Source: an uncultured Verrucomicrobiae bacterium
GTDB lineage: Bacteria > Verrucomicrobiota > Verrucomicrobiia > Chthoniobacterales > UBA10450
NCBI GenBank assembly: GCA_963834385.1
Contig: CAWIBO010000002.1
Span: 96,001-160,000 of the forward strand
Reading direction: 5' to 3'
DNA: 64,000 nt
This document shows positions 29,829-43,412 of the stretch, one piece after another. How positions within the stretch are numbered: position 1 is the stretch's first letter; the number at the start of each line of letters is the position of its first letter. Under the pieces are notes generated by a model that saw nothing but the letters and a program-made list of their open reading frames with translations, made no database searches and was not told the DNA's origin. A program made the translations under genes and the position numbers.

Positions 29829-32610
29829 TCAGAACTTCTTCTCGAGATCGACGAAAATGAAACGCTGCCGGGGATCCTCGAGCTGAACGGGGTAGCCCGC
29901 CGTGTTGTTGGCGAATGGAGGGGGATCGTCGAAGACGTTGCGGACCCCGACACGGATGGCGAAATCATCGAGCCAGGAGATTCCGCTGGCGGAAGGCGCG
30001 GCTGGCGTGACGATTTCCTTCCCGGTCGCCGGCGCTTCTTCCGAAACCCTGTTCTTCCGAAAAGTGTAACCGACCAGGAGATCCACCGTGTTGTTGCTGT
30101 CGACCCGGCGATCGCCGGTCTCGTCCACGTAGGAGTCGGTATAGTTCACCGCGCCACGGGCCTCGAACCCGCGGAAACCCCAGATGATTTCGCCGCGGCC
30201 GCGAATCTTGGGACGCACATACGTGCCGGCCAATTCACGCGGGGCCTCGGCGCTGCTGCCCTGCTGTCGAAAGCTGTCGAGGTACGCGAGGTCGAGCCGG
30301 AGGGCAAAGTTGCCCAGCGGCGTTTCCGGAAAGGCGTATTCCAGGCCGAAGTCGGCTCCCTGAACCTCGACGCGGCCGAGGTTCTGGAAGCTGGTGTTGA
30401 TGGAGAGAACCGGGCCGGGGAGGCCGAGCATCTGGTCGCCGGCGGACGGCGGCGCGCGTTGCACCAGGCCGGGGAAATCGGCTTCGTTATCGAGAATGAA
30501 CTGGGGATCGAGGCTGGCAATGGCTTCTTCCACTTCGATCCGAAAGAAATCCGCGGAGAGGGAGAGGCCGGGGACGAACTGCGGACTCAGGACAAAGCCC
30601 GCCGAATAGTTGCGCGATGTTTCCGGGTCAAGGTTCGGGTTGCCGCCGGCCAGGACCTGGAGCGGACTGCTTTCATCGATGGGATCGCCCGTCACCAGAA
30701 AACGCCGGGTATCCTGCAATTCCTGGGAGAACGTGAGTGAGCCCGCGAAGAGCTGGACCAGCGCGGGCGCGCGGAAGCCGTGGCTGTAGGAGCCGCGCAG
30801 CAAAAGCCAGTCGCCGGCCGGGCGCCAGCCGAGCGCGATCTTCGGGTTCACCGTGGCGCCGAAATCGCTGTAGTGCTCGCCGCGGAGCGCGAGCTGGAGT
30901 TCGAGACTGCTCACGGCCGGAATCTCCATGTCGCGGGCGATCAGGGGCACAAAAAGCTCGCCATAGCCCGAGAGGACATCGCGATCGCCGCCGGCGGAGG
31001 TGGTGTTGACGTCAATCACACCGCCCCGGCGTGAAAGCGGATCGAATTGGTCGGAGAGTTCCTCGAAACGGTATTCGGCGCCGAAAGCGGCGGCGACGTC
31101 GCCGCCCGTGATCTTGAAGAGACTGCCGGTGACGCGTGCGTCCGCCCCGAAAAGACGGGATTCGCCTTCGCGGGTGGTGGTGACGCGCAGGCGGTCGATG
31201 GTGGCGGGGTTGTTCACGTTGTTGCCAGCGCCAAAGACGTTGAATGCCGTGGCCGGGTTGGTGTCGGCCAGGGCGGCCACGACCGCGTGCGCGCGAAAGG
31301 TTGTTCAGGGTGCGGTCTTCCGTGGCGGTCTCGCTATAGAGCAGGGCGGCTTCGCCGAGCCACTCGGAGGGAAGTCGCAGGTTCATCCCAACGAGTGCGC
31401 GGTAGTTGTCGGAGGTAATCCGGTCAATGCGCGGCCCGGCCTCGGTCACCCGGTAACGGAAGACAACCTCGTCGCCGAATGGGTTGAACGGGTTATCCGC
31501 CGGGACCGCAATCCCTTCCACGTCGCCTTCGATCGGGGCCGGCGCGAGTTGCTGCGTGGTCAGGATGCGGCGGTAACCCAGCTCGGCGAAAACGTCGACG
31601 GCCTCGGCCACGCGAAATTTGCCGCGGGTGAAAAAACCGAAACGCTCGGTCTCCGGCACCAGGGGCTGGAACGGCGCCCGGTCAAACCGGTTGCGGCCGG
31701 GCGTGAACTCGGAAATCTCCGGGGTGCCGTCGCTGTCGGCCGGGACGCGCAGCGGATCGCCCGTGACCGGGTCAAAGACCGTGCCCGGGTTCGCGACGGA
31801 ACTGAGGAAGCTGCGGCCGCCCTGGCGGCGCTGGTCGATCGACTCGGAAAAATATCGGTCGGATTGGAAGAGCGCGTTGCGATGGAAATAATCGGCGGCA
31901 AAGACAATGGCATGCCGGTTCTGCGGGTCGGTGTAACCGGTCAGGACGCTGGCCCGGAACTCGCCCGCGTCGGAATCGGTCGTGTTGCCATACCCGGTGC
32001 TGATGAGGGTCCCCTGGTATTTTTCGAAGAGGCGAACGTTGACCACGCCGGCAATGGCGTCGCTCCCGTAAACGGCGGAAGCGCCATCGCGCACGATATC
32101 GATCTGCTCCACGGCTGCGAGCGGGAAGGAATTGAGGTCGACGAAGCTGGTGATGCCCCCTTGGGCAAAAGGGTAGGGGGCGACGCGCCGACCGTTGAGC
32201 AGAACAAGGGTGGCGTCCGGCGTCAGCCCCCGCAGGGCAATGGCGGCCGCGCCGGGCGCCAGGGAATCGCTCTGGTTTTCCGTGAAGGTCGGTCCGGAGT
32301 TCTGCGGCAGGGCGCGCGCAATGTCGCCGAAGGAGCCGGTGCCGGTCCGTTTAATGGCGTCCACGTTGATGAGCGACTGCGGGACCGCCTCGAAAACTTC
32401 GGTGACGCTGATGTGCGAGCCGGTGATGACGACACGTTCGGCCGCGGCTTCCTGCTGTTCCTCGGCGGAACCGGGCTCGGGGAGCGGGTTGCCGTTGGCG
32501 TCGCGTTCCGAGATGAGCGGCGCCGGCGAAGAGCCCGGTTCCTGCGCAAAACCGGGCATCGGCCGTCCGAGGAGCGCCAGAAGGATGAGGGGGAGAAAAA
32601 AGCGAGCCAT
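29829..32610 (-). CDS. TonB-dependent receptor (frameshift near 31290)
   Basis: Signal peptide, VVITGSHI, LRGL...TLVLLNGRR, DGASAVYGSDAIAGVVN, GNPNLDPE, NVFDDPPP, terminal Phe. Confidence 0.93.
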
Positions 32611-32689
32611 CAGAGAAGGATGAATCGGACGCGAGGGCAGGGGTGGCCGTGGAGCGGGAATTCTCCTGAACCGCGGGCGAGCGGCGGAA

Positions 32690-33595
32690 TCAAGGGGCGG
32701 CGGCCGGAGGGGGGCTGGCTTTAGGGCGGTGTTTCGTTCGGCCATCCGCGACCACTCGCCAGCGGCCATCCGGTTCGCGACGCCAGACTCGCACAAAGCT
32801 TCCCGCCTCGGCGCCGGCCAGACGTTCGACCCGGAACGTGCCGTAAACGTAGCCGAGATCGCCCGACGCACTCATCCCCTGACCGTCCTGGGTCGACTTC
32901 ACGATCCGGCCGCGGTCGGCGCTGAGCATGACGCTTGCGACCTCTTTGCCGAACGCCGGGAAAACATTCTCCCGGAACACCTGGATCCCGTCCGCGGCCA
33001 CGGCGAGCAGGGCGGCGCTGGCGTCCTGCCGTGAGCCTTTGCCGAGCTGGTTCTCCGCTTTCTGCATCGAGGCGAGCGCCTCCTTCTGCGGAAGGCTCTC
33101 CGCCGGATGCTCCCAGGAAGCGAGACGGAGAGGAGGCCACTCCGTCGTCAGCGGCGGGGTTTCAAACCCGATGTCGAGCGCCACTTTCCAGGCGCCCTTG
33201 GTATCCTTTTTCCAGATGGAAAAAAACTGGCCGTAGGAATTCGGCTTTGCCGCCGTGGGCGAGGCTTTGAAAGTGGAAGGTCCGGTGGTGTAACCGAGGT
33301 CGCCATCCTTGGAGATGGCGGCGAAGGCCGGAGCCCAGCGCAGCTGCGACTCATTCGCAGACCGGGCCTCCCATTGTTTGCGGCCATTGATGGGACCGGG
33401 ATCAAAAGTGACGGCCCCGTCCGCCAGGAAAGTGACAAAAGCGTCCCGGACATTGTTTTCCGCCGCCATGCGGGCAAAAGCCAGCTCGGCCTCGGCCACG
33501 ACGCGCGCCGGATCGGACGGCGCGGGAGAAACCTCCTGCGCCGAGGCGCCGAGGGCCAGACTGATGAGCGCGAGAAGGATAAAAAACCCCGGCAT
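32690..33595 (-). CDS. Secreted tandem NTF2/DUF4440-like protein
   Basis: Signal peptide; two repeats of S.SGDLGY..G...WKK/WRR...G.W.V..D. Confidence 0.8.
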   Translation of the reverse strand: MPGFFILLALISLALGASAQEVSPAPSDPARVVAEAELAFARMAAENNVRDAFVTFLADGAVTFDPGPINGRKQWEARSANESQLRWAPAFAAISKDGDLGYTTGPSTFKASPTAAKPNSYGQFFSIWKKDTKGAWKVALDIGFETPPLTTEWPPLRLASWEHPAESLPQKEALASMQKAENQLGKGSRQDASAALLAVAADGIQVFRENVFPAFGKEVASVMLSADRGRIVKSTQDGQGMSASGDLGYVYGTFRVERLAGAEAGSFVRVWRREPDGRWRVVADGRTKHRPKASPPPAAAP

Positions 33596-33718
33596 GTCCG
33601 GGGAAAGATGCCGGCTTTCCACCTTCGCGACAAGGCTCCGTCAGCCTGAGCTTCACCATGCCGGGCGGCGGGACTGATTTGCGTGGCCGCGGCCCCCCTA
33701 AAAAAAGCGGTCGGTTTA

Positions 33719-33744
33719 GACAAAATCCGCGGTTGGCGGCGTCT
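33719..33744 (+). promoter_or_regulatory. Possible ECF-type autoregulatory promoter (GACAAA ... CGTC)
   Basis: CGTC -10-like element about 6 nt before ATG 33750 of the ECF sigma gene. Confidence 0.35.
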
Positions 33745-33749
33745 CTCTT

Positions 33750-34265
33750 ATGAAAGACCCTGAAAAGGTCATGGAAAATGTCGCCCCCCATGAAAACTGG
33801 AAAACTTGTTTTGCCGAGCTGGCCCCCGGCCTTCTCCTTTTCGCCCGGCAATGGGTCCGCAGCGCCGCCGACGCCGAGGATGTGGTCCAGGAAGCCTTCG
33901 TCCGGTTCTGGCGCAAACAGCATTCAATCGAGAACCGCGGCCTCCTTTTCGCCACTGTCCGTTCCATTGCCCTCGATTTTATCCGCCGCAACATCCGGCG
34001 CGAACGCCGCGAAGCAGACGCTCTGCGCGATGCCGAGCAGGTGGTTGAGCCGCAGTTCGAGGAAAGCGGCGAAGCGCAGCAGGCGCTCGTGGCCGCCATC
34101 AGGGAACTGCCGATCGAGCAGCGCGAGGTGCTCGTTATGAAGATCTGGAACGAACTCACCTTTGCCGAGATCGCCGCCGCCCTCGGGATCTCCCAGAACA
34201 CCGCGGCTTCCCGGTATCGCTACGCCCTGGGCAGCCTCAAAAAGCAATTTGTCTCCCATGAATGA
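33750..34265 (+). CDS. ECF RNA polymerase sigma factor
   Basis: DAEDVVQEAF, LPIEQREVLVMK, TFAEIAAALGISQNT. Confidence 0.93.
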   Translation: MKDPEKVMENVAPHENWKTCFAELAPGLLLFARQWVRSAADAEDVVQEAFVRFWRKQHSIENRGLLFATVRSIALDFIRRNIRRERREADALRDAEQVVEPQFEESGEAQQALVAAIRELPIEQREVLVMKIWNELTFAEIAAALGISQNTAASRYRYALGSLKKQFVSHE

Positions 34266-34761
34266 TTTCACCGAACTGGAAAAAGAACTGAAGCGGTTGC
34301 GCCCGCTTTCTCCCTCCGCCGGCCTGGCGGCGGGGGTGGAACAGGCGCTCAACGCCCCGGCCGCGGCCTCCCCCAACGAGGAGACTGTGGTGGTGCGTCC
34401 CGCTCGTTTCGAGATCAACTGGCTGCCGGTCGGCCTCGGCCTGGCCGCGGCCGCGGCTTTCCTTTTCCTGGCCCGGGTTGAGACCCCGGAAACGTCCTCT
34501 CCGCAGGCGCCCATGCTGACGCAGCGGTCCGTGCCGCAGGAAGCGGCCACTTCCGGTTTCCAGCCTACCGGCATGACCGAGGTGGTTTATCATCAGCGCG
34601 ACGAAGGCTTGCGTTACCCGCAAGGTGCCGACCAGCCGGTGCGCCGGACGCGCCTGCAAAAGCAGGAAACGGTGCAGTGGCACAATGCGGAGACCGGCGC
34701 CTCTCTTCGCGTCTCCTATCCCGCCGAGGAAGTGCGCCTGATCCCGGTATCCGGCCAGTGA
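34258..34761 (+). CDS. Putative single-TM anti-sigma factor
   Basis: Overlaps the sigma stop; LEKELKRLRP N-terminus, LAAAAAF TM helix, extracytoplasmic tail. Confidence 0.7.
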   Translation: MNDFTELEKELKRLRPLSPSAGLAAGVEQALNAPAAASPNEETVVVRPARFEINWLPVGLGLAAAAAFLFLARVETPETSSPQAPMLTQRSVPQEAATSGFQPTGMTEVVYHQRDEGLRYPQGADQPVRRTRLQKQETVQWHNAETGASLRVSYPAEEVRLIPVSGQ

Positions 34762-34795
34762 AAAATTTGCCTTAACCCATAACCAACCAAAACAA

Positions 34796-35875
34796 ATGAA
34801 AACAAAACTGATCCTGAACATCATGGCCGCCGGCTTGTTGCCGGTCCTGGCCCTGGCCCAAAACCCCGCCCCTCCGGCGCCCCCCAGTCCGGCTGGTCCG
34901 CCGGCGGGCGACAAGGAAAAGGACCGCAAAGTGCCGGTGACCTTCCTCGGGGTGGAAACCTCCTCCATCCCCTCCGTGGTCAGCGAACAGCTCGGCCTTC
35001 CAAAGGGCTTCGGCCTCGTGGTCGATTACGTGGCCAAGGACGGACCGGCCGAGAAAGGCGGGCTGCAGAAGAACGACATCATCCGCATGCTCAACGACCA
35101 GATCGTGATGGAACCGGGCCAGCTCGGAAAATTGGTCCGGAGTTTCCAGGAAGGAACTGACGTGACGCTCACCATCCTGCGCAAGGGGGTCGAGTCGAAG
35201 ATCACGGTGAAGCTGGGCAAGAAGGAAGTGCGGGAACGGCGCGATTTCGGCCAGCACCATGGTTTCAAGTTCGATTTCAACGAAGGCGACATGGAAAAGG
35301 CCTTCGGCGCGCTCGATCACCTGAAGTCCGCCACGCCTGAGGCGGTCGAAGAAATACGGGAATATGCTGAGCGCGCCCGCGAGCAGGCCCGCGAGATGCG
35401 GGACCACGCGCGCGAGCTACGGGAAAACGCCCGGGAGATGGGCAAGAGCTTCAACATCGTCGCGAACGATGACGGTCTCACCACCACCCGCTTCGACCTC
35501 GATCGCGCCCAGATTGTTTATTCGGACGACAAGGGCGAGCTGAAGATCGAAGGGACGGAGGGCAGAAAAATGCTCACGGCCAAAGATCCGCAAGGGAAGG
35601 TCGTTTTCAGCGGCCCCGTGGAAACTTCGGAGGATCGCGACAAACTGCCGGCGGACATCCGCGAACGGTTTGAGAAAGTGACCAAGGATATTCCGGTGGC
35701 GATTCCCCCCGTGGCCCCGATGCCGCCTCTGCCCCTGGACGCCACTACCAATGATACCGTTTCGGTGCCGCGGGCCCGGCCGGTGCGCATGCATCGCTCC
35801 GACATCCAGCAGGTTTGCCTGGAGAGAGGAGAGACCGGCGGCCGTCTCTGGCCCGCGCAAACAGTCATGCTTTAG
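34796..35875 (+). CDS. Secreted PDZ-domain protein (no protease domain seen)
   Basis: Signal peptide, FLGV, GLVVDYV..GPAEKGGLQKNDII, coiled-coil segment. Confidence 0.85.
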   Translation: MKTKLILNIMAAGLLPVLALAQNPAPPAPPSPAGPPAGDKEKDRKVPVTFLGVETSSIPSVVSEQLGLPKGFGLVVDYVAKDGPAEKGGLQKNDIIRMLNDQIVMEPGQLGKLVRSFQEGTDVTLTILRKGVESKITVKLGKKEVRERRDFGQHHGFKFDFNEGDMEKAFGALDHLKSATPEAVEEIREYAERAREQAREMRDHARELRENAREMGKSFNIVANDDGLTTTRFDLDRAQIVYSDDKGELKIEGTEGRKMLTAKDPQGKVVFSGPVETSEDRDKLPADIRERFEKVTKDIPVAIPPVAPMPPLPLDATTNDTVSVPRARPVRMHRSDIQQVCLERGETGGRLWPAQTVML

Positions 35876-35880
35876 CACGA

Positions 35881-35935
35881 AGACCCGTCGGGCTTTCCTT
35901 AACCTGGCCTGGCCAGCCGCCCGGCGGGTCTTTTT
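35881..35935 (+). terminator. Probable intrinsic terminator
   Basis: AGACCCGTCGGGC ... GCCCGGCGGGTCT followed by a T-run. Confidence 0.55.
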
Positions 35936-35950
35936 CCTTCGGCTGAATCC

Positions 35951-37252
35951 ATGAAGCGATCATCTCTCCTGCGAGGGGCCGGGTTTGGCCTGCTTCTTCT
36001 CCTTCCGGAAACCGCGCTCAGCGCCCCGGTCGCACCCGCCCGCGCCGCCGAATGGTTCAAGGAGGCGGCCCTCCTTTGCCAGTCCCCGGAGGCGCAACTC
36101 TGGCCGGTCTCATTGTGCAGCCCGCTTTTGCTGGTTGATCCCGCGACCCGGGAGGTCGTGGCCAGCCAGGCGGACGCGGAGGGCCATCTACGGGGGAAGG
36201 ACGGGATCTTTACCGGCACGCTTCCGCCCCATCTGAACGTGGCCAACACCGCCCTGACGTGGGCGGGAGTTGAATGGACCATGCTCGTTCTGCCTTTGCC
36301 GGAGGAGCCGCGGGCCCGGGCCATCCTTTTTGCCCATGAGATGTGGCATCGCCTCCAGGACGAAATTGGATTTCCCTCTTCCGGCGCGGCCAATGCCCAT
36401 CTCGACACCCTCGAGGGGCGAGTCTGGCTGCAATTGGAATGGCGCGCGCTTCGGGCCGCCCTCGCCGCGGGGGACGAGAGCCGTCGACAGCACGTGCAGG
36501 ACGCGCTGCTCTTCCGCGCGACGAGACGTTCCCTCTTTCCGGCCGCGGCGGAGGAGGAGCGGGCCATGGAAATGCATGAAGGGCTGGCGGAGTACACCGG
36601 TGTGAAGGCCGGGGCCGGGTCGGAAGCCGCGCGCGAGGCACAGGACCGCCTCTCCGCGGCCACCCAGCGGGAAACGTTTGTTCGTTCGTTCGCCTACGCC
36701 TCGGGCGCCGCCTACGGCCTGCTGCTGGACGACGCGGTTCCGGCCTGGCGGGAGCGTCTGCGGCCGGAGGATGACCTCGGCCTTCTTCTTGAGAAAGCGC
36801 TTGGTCTGGCGCGGCCCGGGACAAAAGCCGCTGTGGCCCTGCGGGCGTCGAAGTATGAGGGCGATCAACTCCGCGAAAGCGAGACAGGGCGCGAGAAGGC
36901 CCGTCAATCCCGCCTGGCTGCACTTCGGGCGCAGTTCATCGAGGGTCCGGTTCTGATTCTGCCCCTCCGCCGGATGAACATGCAGTTTGATCCTGGCTTA
37001 CCCGTGCCGCTCGATACTTTCGGCACGGTCTATCCCGGTCTGCGTCTGGTTGATGAATGGGGCATCCTTACCGTGACCGACGGGGGCGCGTTTCTGGCCT
37101 CCGATTTTTCGGAGGCCCGGGTCGGGGCCGCCGGGCTCGGTGCGGGGGCGACCGTCACGGGCAAAGGCTGGACCCTGCAACTGGCCGACGGCTGGATGTT
37201 AAGGGAAGGCGCGCGCGCCGGGGACTTTCGGGTGGCAGCCAGACGCCCGTGA
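35951..37252 (+). CDS. Secreted hypothetical protein with HExxH...EGLAEY (gluzincin-like)
   Basis: Signal peptide, AHEMWH, HEGLAEYTG. Confidence 0.7.
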   Translation: MKRSSLLRGAGFGLLLLLPETALSAPVAPARAAEWFKEAALLCQSPEAQLWPVSLCSPLLLVDPATREVVASQADAEGHLRGKDGIFTGTLPPHLNVANTALTWAGVEWTMLVLPLPEEPRARAILFAHEMWHRLQDEIGFPSSGAANAHLDTLEGRVWLQLEWRALRAALAAGDESRRQHVQDALLFRATRRSLFPAAAEEERAMEMHEGLAEYTGVKAGAGSEAAREAQDRLSAATQRETFVRSFAYASGAAYGLLLDDAVPAWRERLRPEDDLGLLLEKALGLARPGTKAAVALRASKYEGDQLRESETGREKARQSRLAALRAQFIEGPVLILPLRRMNMQFDPGLPVPLDTFGTVYPGLRLVDEWGILTVTDGGAFLASDFSEARVGAAGLGAGATVTGKGWTLQLADGWMLREGARAGDFRVAARRP

Positions 37253-37259
37253 CGCGGTG

Positions 37260-39717
<2,458 letters not shown>

Positions 39718-39732
39718 GCTCAGGGAGGTGGA

Positions 39733-42192
39733 TTATTCAGAACGCAACGCTTCCATCGGGCTGACCCGCATCGCCCGCCGCGCCGGCAGCCACGCGGCCA
39801 GGAAGGCCACGAGCGCAATGAGAAGAACAATACCGGAAAATGTAATCGGGTCCCACGCGTTGACGCCGTAGAGCATGCTGGTGAGAAGCCGAGTGGCGGC
39901 GAGAGCAGAGAGCAGGCCCACCCCCACGCTGACGGCGACGACGGCCATGGCCTCACCAACGATGAGTCGGAAAATCGCGGACTGTGCCGCACCCAGGGCC
40001 ATGCGCAGGCCAATCTCGCTTGTGCGCTGCGCCACGGAGTAAGCCATCACGCCGTAAATGCCCACGGCGGTGAGGAGGAGGGCCAGGCCGGCAAAGAGAG
40101 AAATGAGCAGGGTGTTGAATCGGGCCCGCGCCAGCGAATCGGTCATGTACTGAGTAAATGGTTGTGCCCGCGTGAGAGCGATCTCCTTGTCCACCTTGGC
40201 CAGCTCGGCCCGCAGCATGTTGGTGAGAGCGGCCGGATCGCTCGTCGCGCTGCGCAGAAGCAGCCAGTTCATTGAAACGGGCACCTGGCTGGCGGGAAGA
40301 TACATTTCCGGTGTAAACTCGGCGCTGAGCGACTCGTGTCTCACATTCCCAACGACGCCGACAATCTCCCGCATCGGCGTGCTCTCCTCCGTAATCGACC
40401 AACCGGGCTCAATCCGTTTCCCCACGGGGTTCTCTCCCGGGAAATGTTTTTTGGCAAATTGCTCGTTAATGATCACCACCTGCTTCGCCTCGAGCCGGTC
40501 GGTCTCGGCAAAGGCGCGGCCCTGGCGCACCGGGATGCCCATGGTCTTGAAGTAATCTGTCGACACGATGCGCGTATCGGCGGCATCGCGTTGACCCTCA
40601 GGGAGGGGGCGTTCCTCAATGTCGAACGACGTAACGACCTGGCTGCCACTGAGAGGCAGGGGCAGGATCGTGCTGGCCGACTCCACCCCGGGCAGGGCGC
40701 GCAGGCGCGTCAGCAGTTGATCGTAAAACGCCACCAGGTCGGCCGACTTTGGATAAGCCGCATCGGGATTGCTGATCCGGGCCGTGAGCAGTCGGTCCGG
40801 TTCGTAGCCGGGATCGACCCGGCCCAGCCGCGCGAAACTTTGCACAAGAAGACCCGCGCAAACGAGCAGGACGAGAGCCAGCGCAATTTCCACCGCCACG
40901 ACTGCGCGACGGAAACGATTTTTGCCCAGGGTGCTTCCCGAGGTGCCGCGTCCGCCCGCCTTCAAAGCGTTGCTCAGGTCGACGTGGGAGCTTTGCCAGG
41001 CCGGGAAAATTCCAAAGATGACCCCCGTGGCGGTCGAAACGAGAAGGGTGAAGGCGAGGACGACGCCGTCGAGCTGAATATCGTGAATGCGCGGGATGCT
41101 TTTCGGCACCACCGCGATCAGGGCATCCGTTCCCCACTGCGCCACGAGCAAGCCGCCCAATCCTCCCAGCGCCGCCAGCACCATGCTTTCCGTCAGCAAT
41201 TGCCGAATAAGGCGGGAGCGCGACGCGCCCACCGCGGCGCGCAAGGCAATGTCGCGCGTCCGGACCGTAGCCCTGGCCAGGAGGAGATTCGCCACGTTGG
41301 CGTTCGCAATCAGGAGGAGGCAAACGACCGCCCCGAAGACCACATAAAGCGCGGTGCGCACATCGCCCACGAGTTCCTCGCGAAGTGGCCGCATCACCGC
41401 GGTAAAATCAGTGTTGGTGTCGGGAAATTCCTTTTGCAGGCGTCGCGTGATCGTTTCCAGGTTCGCCAGCGCCTGCGTCCGGGTTACGCCCGGTTTCAGG
41501 CGGGCCACCCCTTCCAGCATATGGTTGCCGCGCTGTTGCGTGACCGGCTTGCTCCCATCCGCGTTGGCCGCGTCTTCGGCGATGGTGATGTAAAACTCGG
41601 GCGCTTCCGCGATGATCGGAAAGCGAAATCCCTCCGGCATCACGCCGATGACGGTGTAAGGCTGTCGTTCCAGCGTCAGAACCCGCCCGAGCACGTTGGC
41701 GTCGCTTTGGAACCTGCTCCGCCAAAGGGCGTGGCTCAGGATGATTTTGAATCCGCCTGGACCGCCGCCGGCCTGTTCATCCTCGCGCTTGAAATCACGG
41801 CCCAGGCGAGGTTTCACGCCGAGCACGTCGAGGAAGTCGGCGCTTACTTTCTGGCCACGCAGGTTCACGGCGTCGTTGCCGTCCATCATGGTGAGGGAGC
41901 GCCCGCGATAAACCGCCAGATGCTGCAGGGTGCTGTTTTCCTGCCGGAGATCAAAGAAGTCCGGATAGGAAAAGGCGCCGACAGACTTTTCCGGCTCCCG
42001 CGTGTTCTGCATTCCCACTGCCACCAGCTCCGCCGGCGCCGGGAATGGCAGCGGTTTCAGCAGCACCGCGTTGACGACGCTGAAGATGGCCGTATTGGCC
42101 CCGATCCCGAGGGAAAGAGTGAGAATGGCGATCGCCGCAAAGAAGGGGTTCCGCCGCAGCTGGCGCAGCCCGTAAGCAACGTCGTTAAGCAT
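39733..42192 (-). CDS. Duplicated MacB/FtsX-type ABC permease (ADOP-like)
   Basis: [39 protein letters not shown]. Confidence 0.93.
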   Translation of the reverse strand: MLNDVAYGLRQLRRNPFFAAIAILTLSLGIGANTAIFSVVNAVLLKPLPFPAPAELVAVGMQNTREPEKSVGAFSYPDFFDLRQENSTLQHLAVYRGRSLTMMDGNDAVNLRGQKVSADFLDVLGVKPRLGRDFKREDEQAGGGPGGFKIILSHALWRSRFQSDANVLGRVLTLERQPYTVIGVMPEGFRFPIIAEAPEFYITIAEDAANADGSKPVTQQRGNHMLEGVARLKPGVTRTQALANLETITRRLQKEFPDTNTDFTAVMRPLREELVGDVRTALYVVFGAVVCLLLIANANVANLLLARATVRTRDIALRAAVGASRSRLIRQLLTESMVLAALGGLGGLLVAQWGTDALIAVVPKSIPRIHDIQLDGVVLAFTLLVSTATGVIFGIFPAWQSSHVDLSNALKAGGRGTSGSTLGKNRFRRAVVAVEIALALVLLVCAGLLVQSFARLGRVDPGYEPDRLLTARISNPDAAYPKSADLVAFYDQLLTRLRALPGVESASTILPLPLSGSQVVTSFDIEERPLPEGQRDAADTRIVSTDYFKTMGIPVRQGRAFAETDRLEAKQVVIINEQFAKKHFPGENPVGKRIEPGWSITEESTPMREIVGVVGNVRHESLSAEFTPEMYLPASQVPVSMNWLLLRSATSDPAALTNMLRAELAKVDKEIALTRAQPFTQYMTDSLARARFNTLLISLFAGLALLLTAVGIYGVMAYSVAQRTSEIGLRMALGAAQSAIFRLIVGEAMAVVAVSVGVGLLSALAATRLLTSMLYGVNAWDPITFSGIVLLIALVAFLAAWLPARRAMRVSPMEALRSE

Positions 42193-42214
42193 ACTCTTGT
42201 TGGCCGACGCTCAG

Positions 42215-43150
42215 TTACTGCTGGTTGGCCACTTCCGCGCCTGCGGCCTTGATGCGGATGCTGCCGGCGCTGGTGCTCAACACCACCGACCGACCGCCGC
42301 CGTTCAATTTGCCCACCAGGCTGTCGGCGTCGCGCTTGCCCTCGAAGGGAAGATCGGTCGAGACGCGGCCGGCGCTGGTCTCGGCCTTCACGTCAATGCC
42401 CGCGGTGGCCGGCACGGAAAGATTGATGCTGCCGCCGCTCGTTTCGAGGCGGACATCTCCCGCCATCGGCGAGGGGAGCACCGCGTCAATGCTGCCGCCC
42501 GACGTTTCTCCCACCAGGCGTCCATGGATCCGGTCGAGGCGAAGGGAACCGCCGCTGGTTTCGAGGATCGCGTCACCGCGGTAATCGTTCACTTTGATGT
42601 GACCGCCCGAGGTCGAAAGGTCGAGTTTGCCGCTGCCTTCGCGCACCGCAATGTGACCGCCGCTGGTTTCGCCCTGAACCGGGCCCTCGATGTTGGTGAA
42701 CTCGAGGTTGCCGCCGCTGGTCTCGGCTTCCACGGTGCCGAGGAGATTGTGCGCCTCAATTTCGCCGCCGCTCGTTTCCAGCTTGAGGTTGAAGTTCTTC
42801 GGCACCTTGATCGTGTAACGGCCCTTGGTGTTGACGTGCCGCCAGACCCGGCGGTCCTCATTCTTTTTTCGCACCGCCCGCACGGTGACGGTGTTGCCCT
42901 CCTGGGCAAACTCGACCGGCACTTCGGCCAGGTATTCTTTTTCCTTCGCTTCATCGCGCATTTTTACTTCGCGAAACGCCTGCACCTCGACTTTGTCGTC
43001 GGCCCCGGCCTGGACGTCGATGGAACCGAAATCAACGTCGACCACGAGGCGGCCGCCGGGCGCGGATGCGAGAGTGCGTTCGATATTTTCCGAGGCGCCG
43101 AAAGCGGCCACGGCGGAACAAACGAGCAGAAACAGGATTCGGAGAGACAT
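42215..43150 (-). CDS. Secreted DUF4097 beta-strand repeat protein
   Basis: Signal peptide; many ETSGG.I repeats. Confidence 0.85.
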   Translation of the reverse strand: MSLRILFLLVCSAVAAFGASENIERTLASAPGGRLVVDVDFGSIDVQAGADDKVEVQAFREVKMRDEAKEKEYLAEVPVEFAQEGNTVTVRAVRKKNEDRRVWRHVNTKGRYTIKVPKNFNLKLETSGGEIEAHNLLGTVEAETSGGNLEFTNIEGPVQGETSGGHIAVREGSGKLDLSTSGGHIKVNDYRGDAILETSGGSLRLDRIHGRLVGETSGGSIDAVLPSPMAGDVRLETSGGSINLSVPATAGIDVKAETSAGRVSTDLPFEGKRDADSLVGKLNGGGRSVVLSTSAGSIRIKAAGAEVANQQ

Positions 43151-43412
43151 GGGATTTGATGGGGTTGAGGGTTGGAGAAGCGTCCTGCCGGGGGTTGAGA
43201 CCGGTGAACGCGCTTCTGACCATTTGCAGGCGGCGTGCCAGCGTTTGCGGCTTTCGTTTAATGGCTCTTGGCGAACAACTTAGAGAGAGGCACCTCCCGC
43301 CCCAATTCACCTCTTCATCCCGGGGTGGGGAATCCATCGTCCCAGTTCCGGCACGGTGGATCTTGCGCGGCTTTTGCTTGTCGAATCGCGCGCCTTCCCT
43401 ATAACGAGGCGC

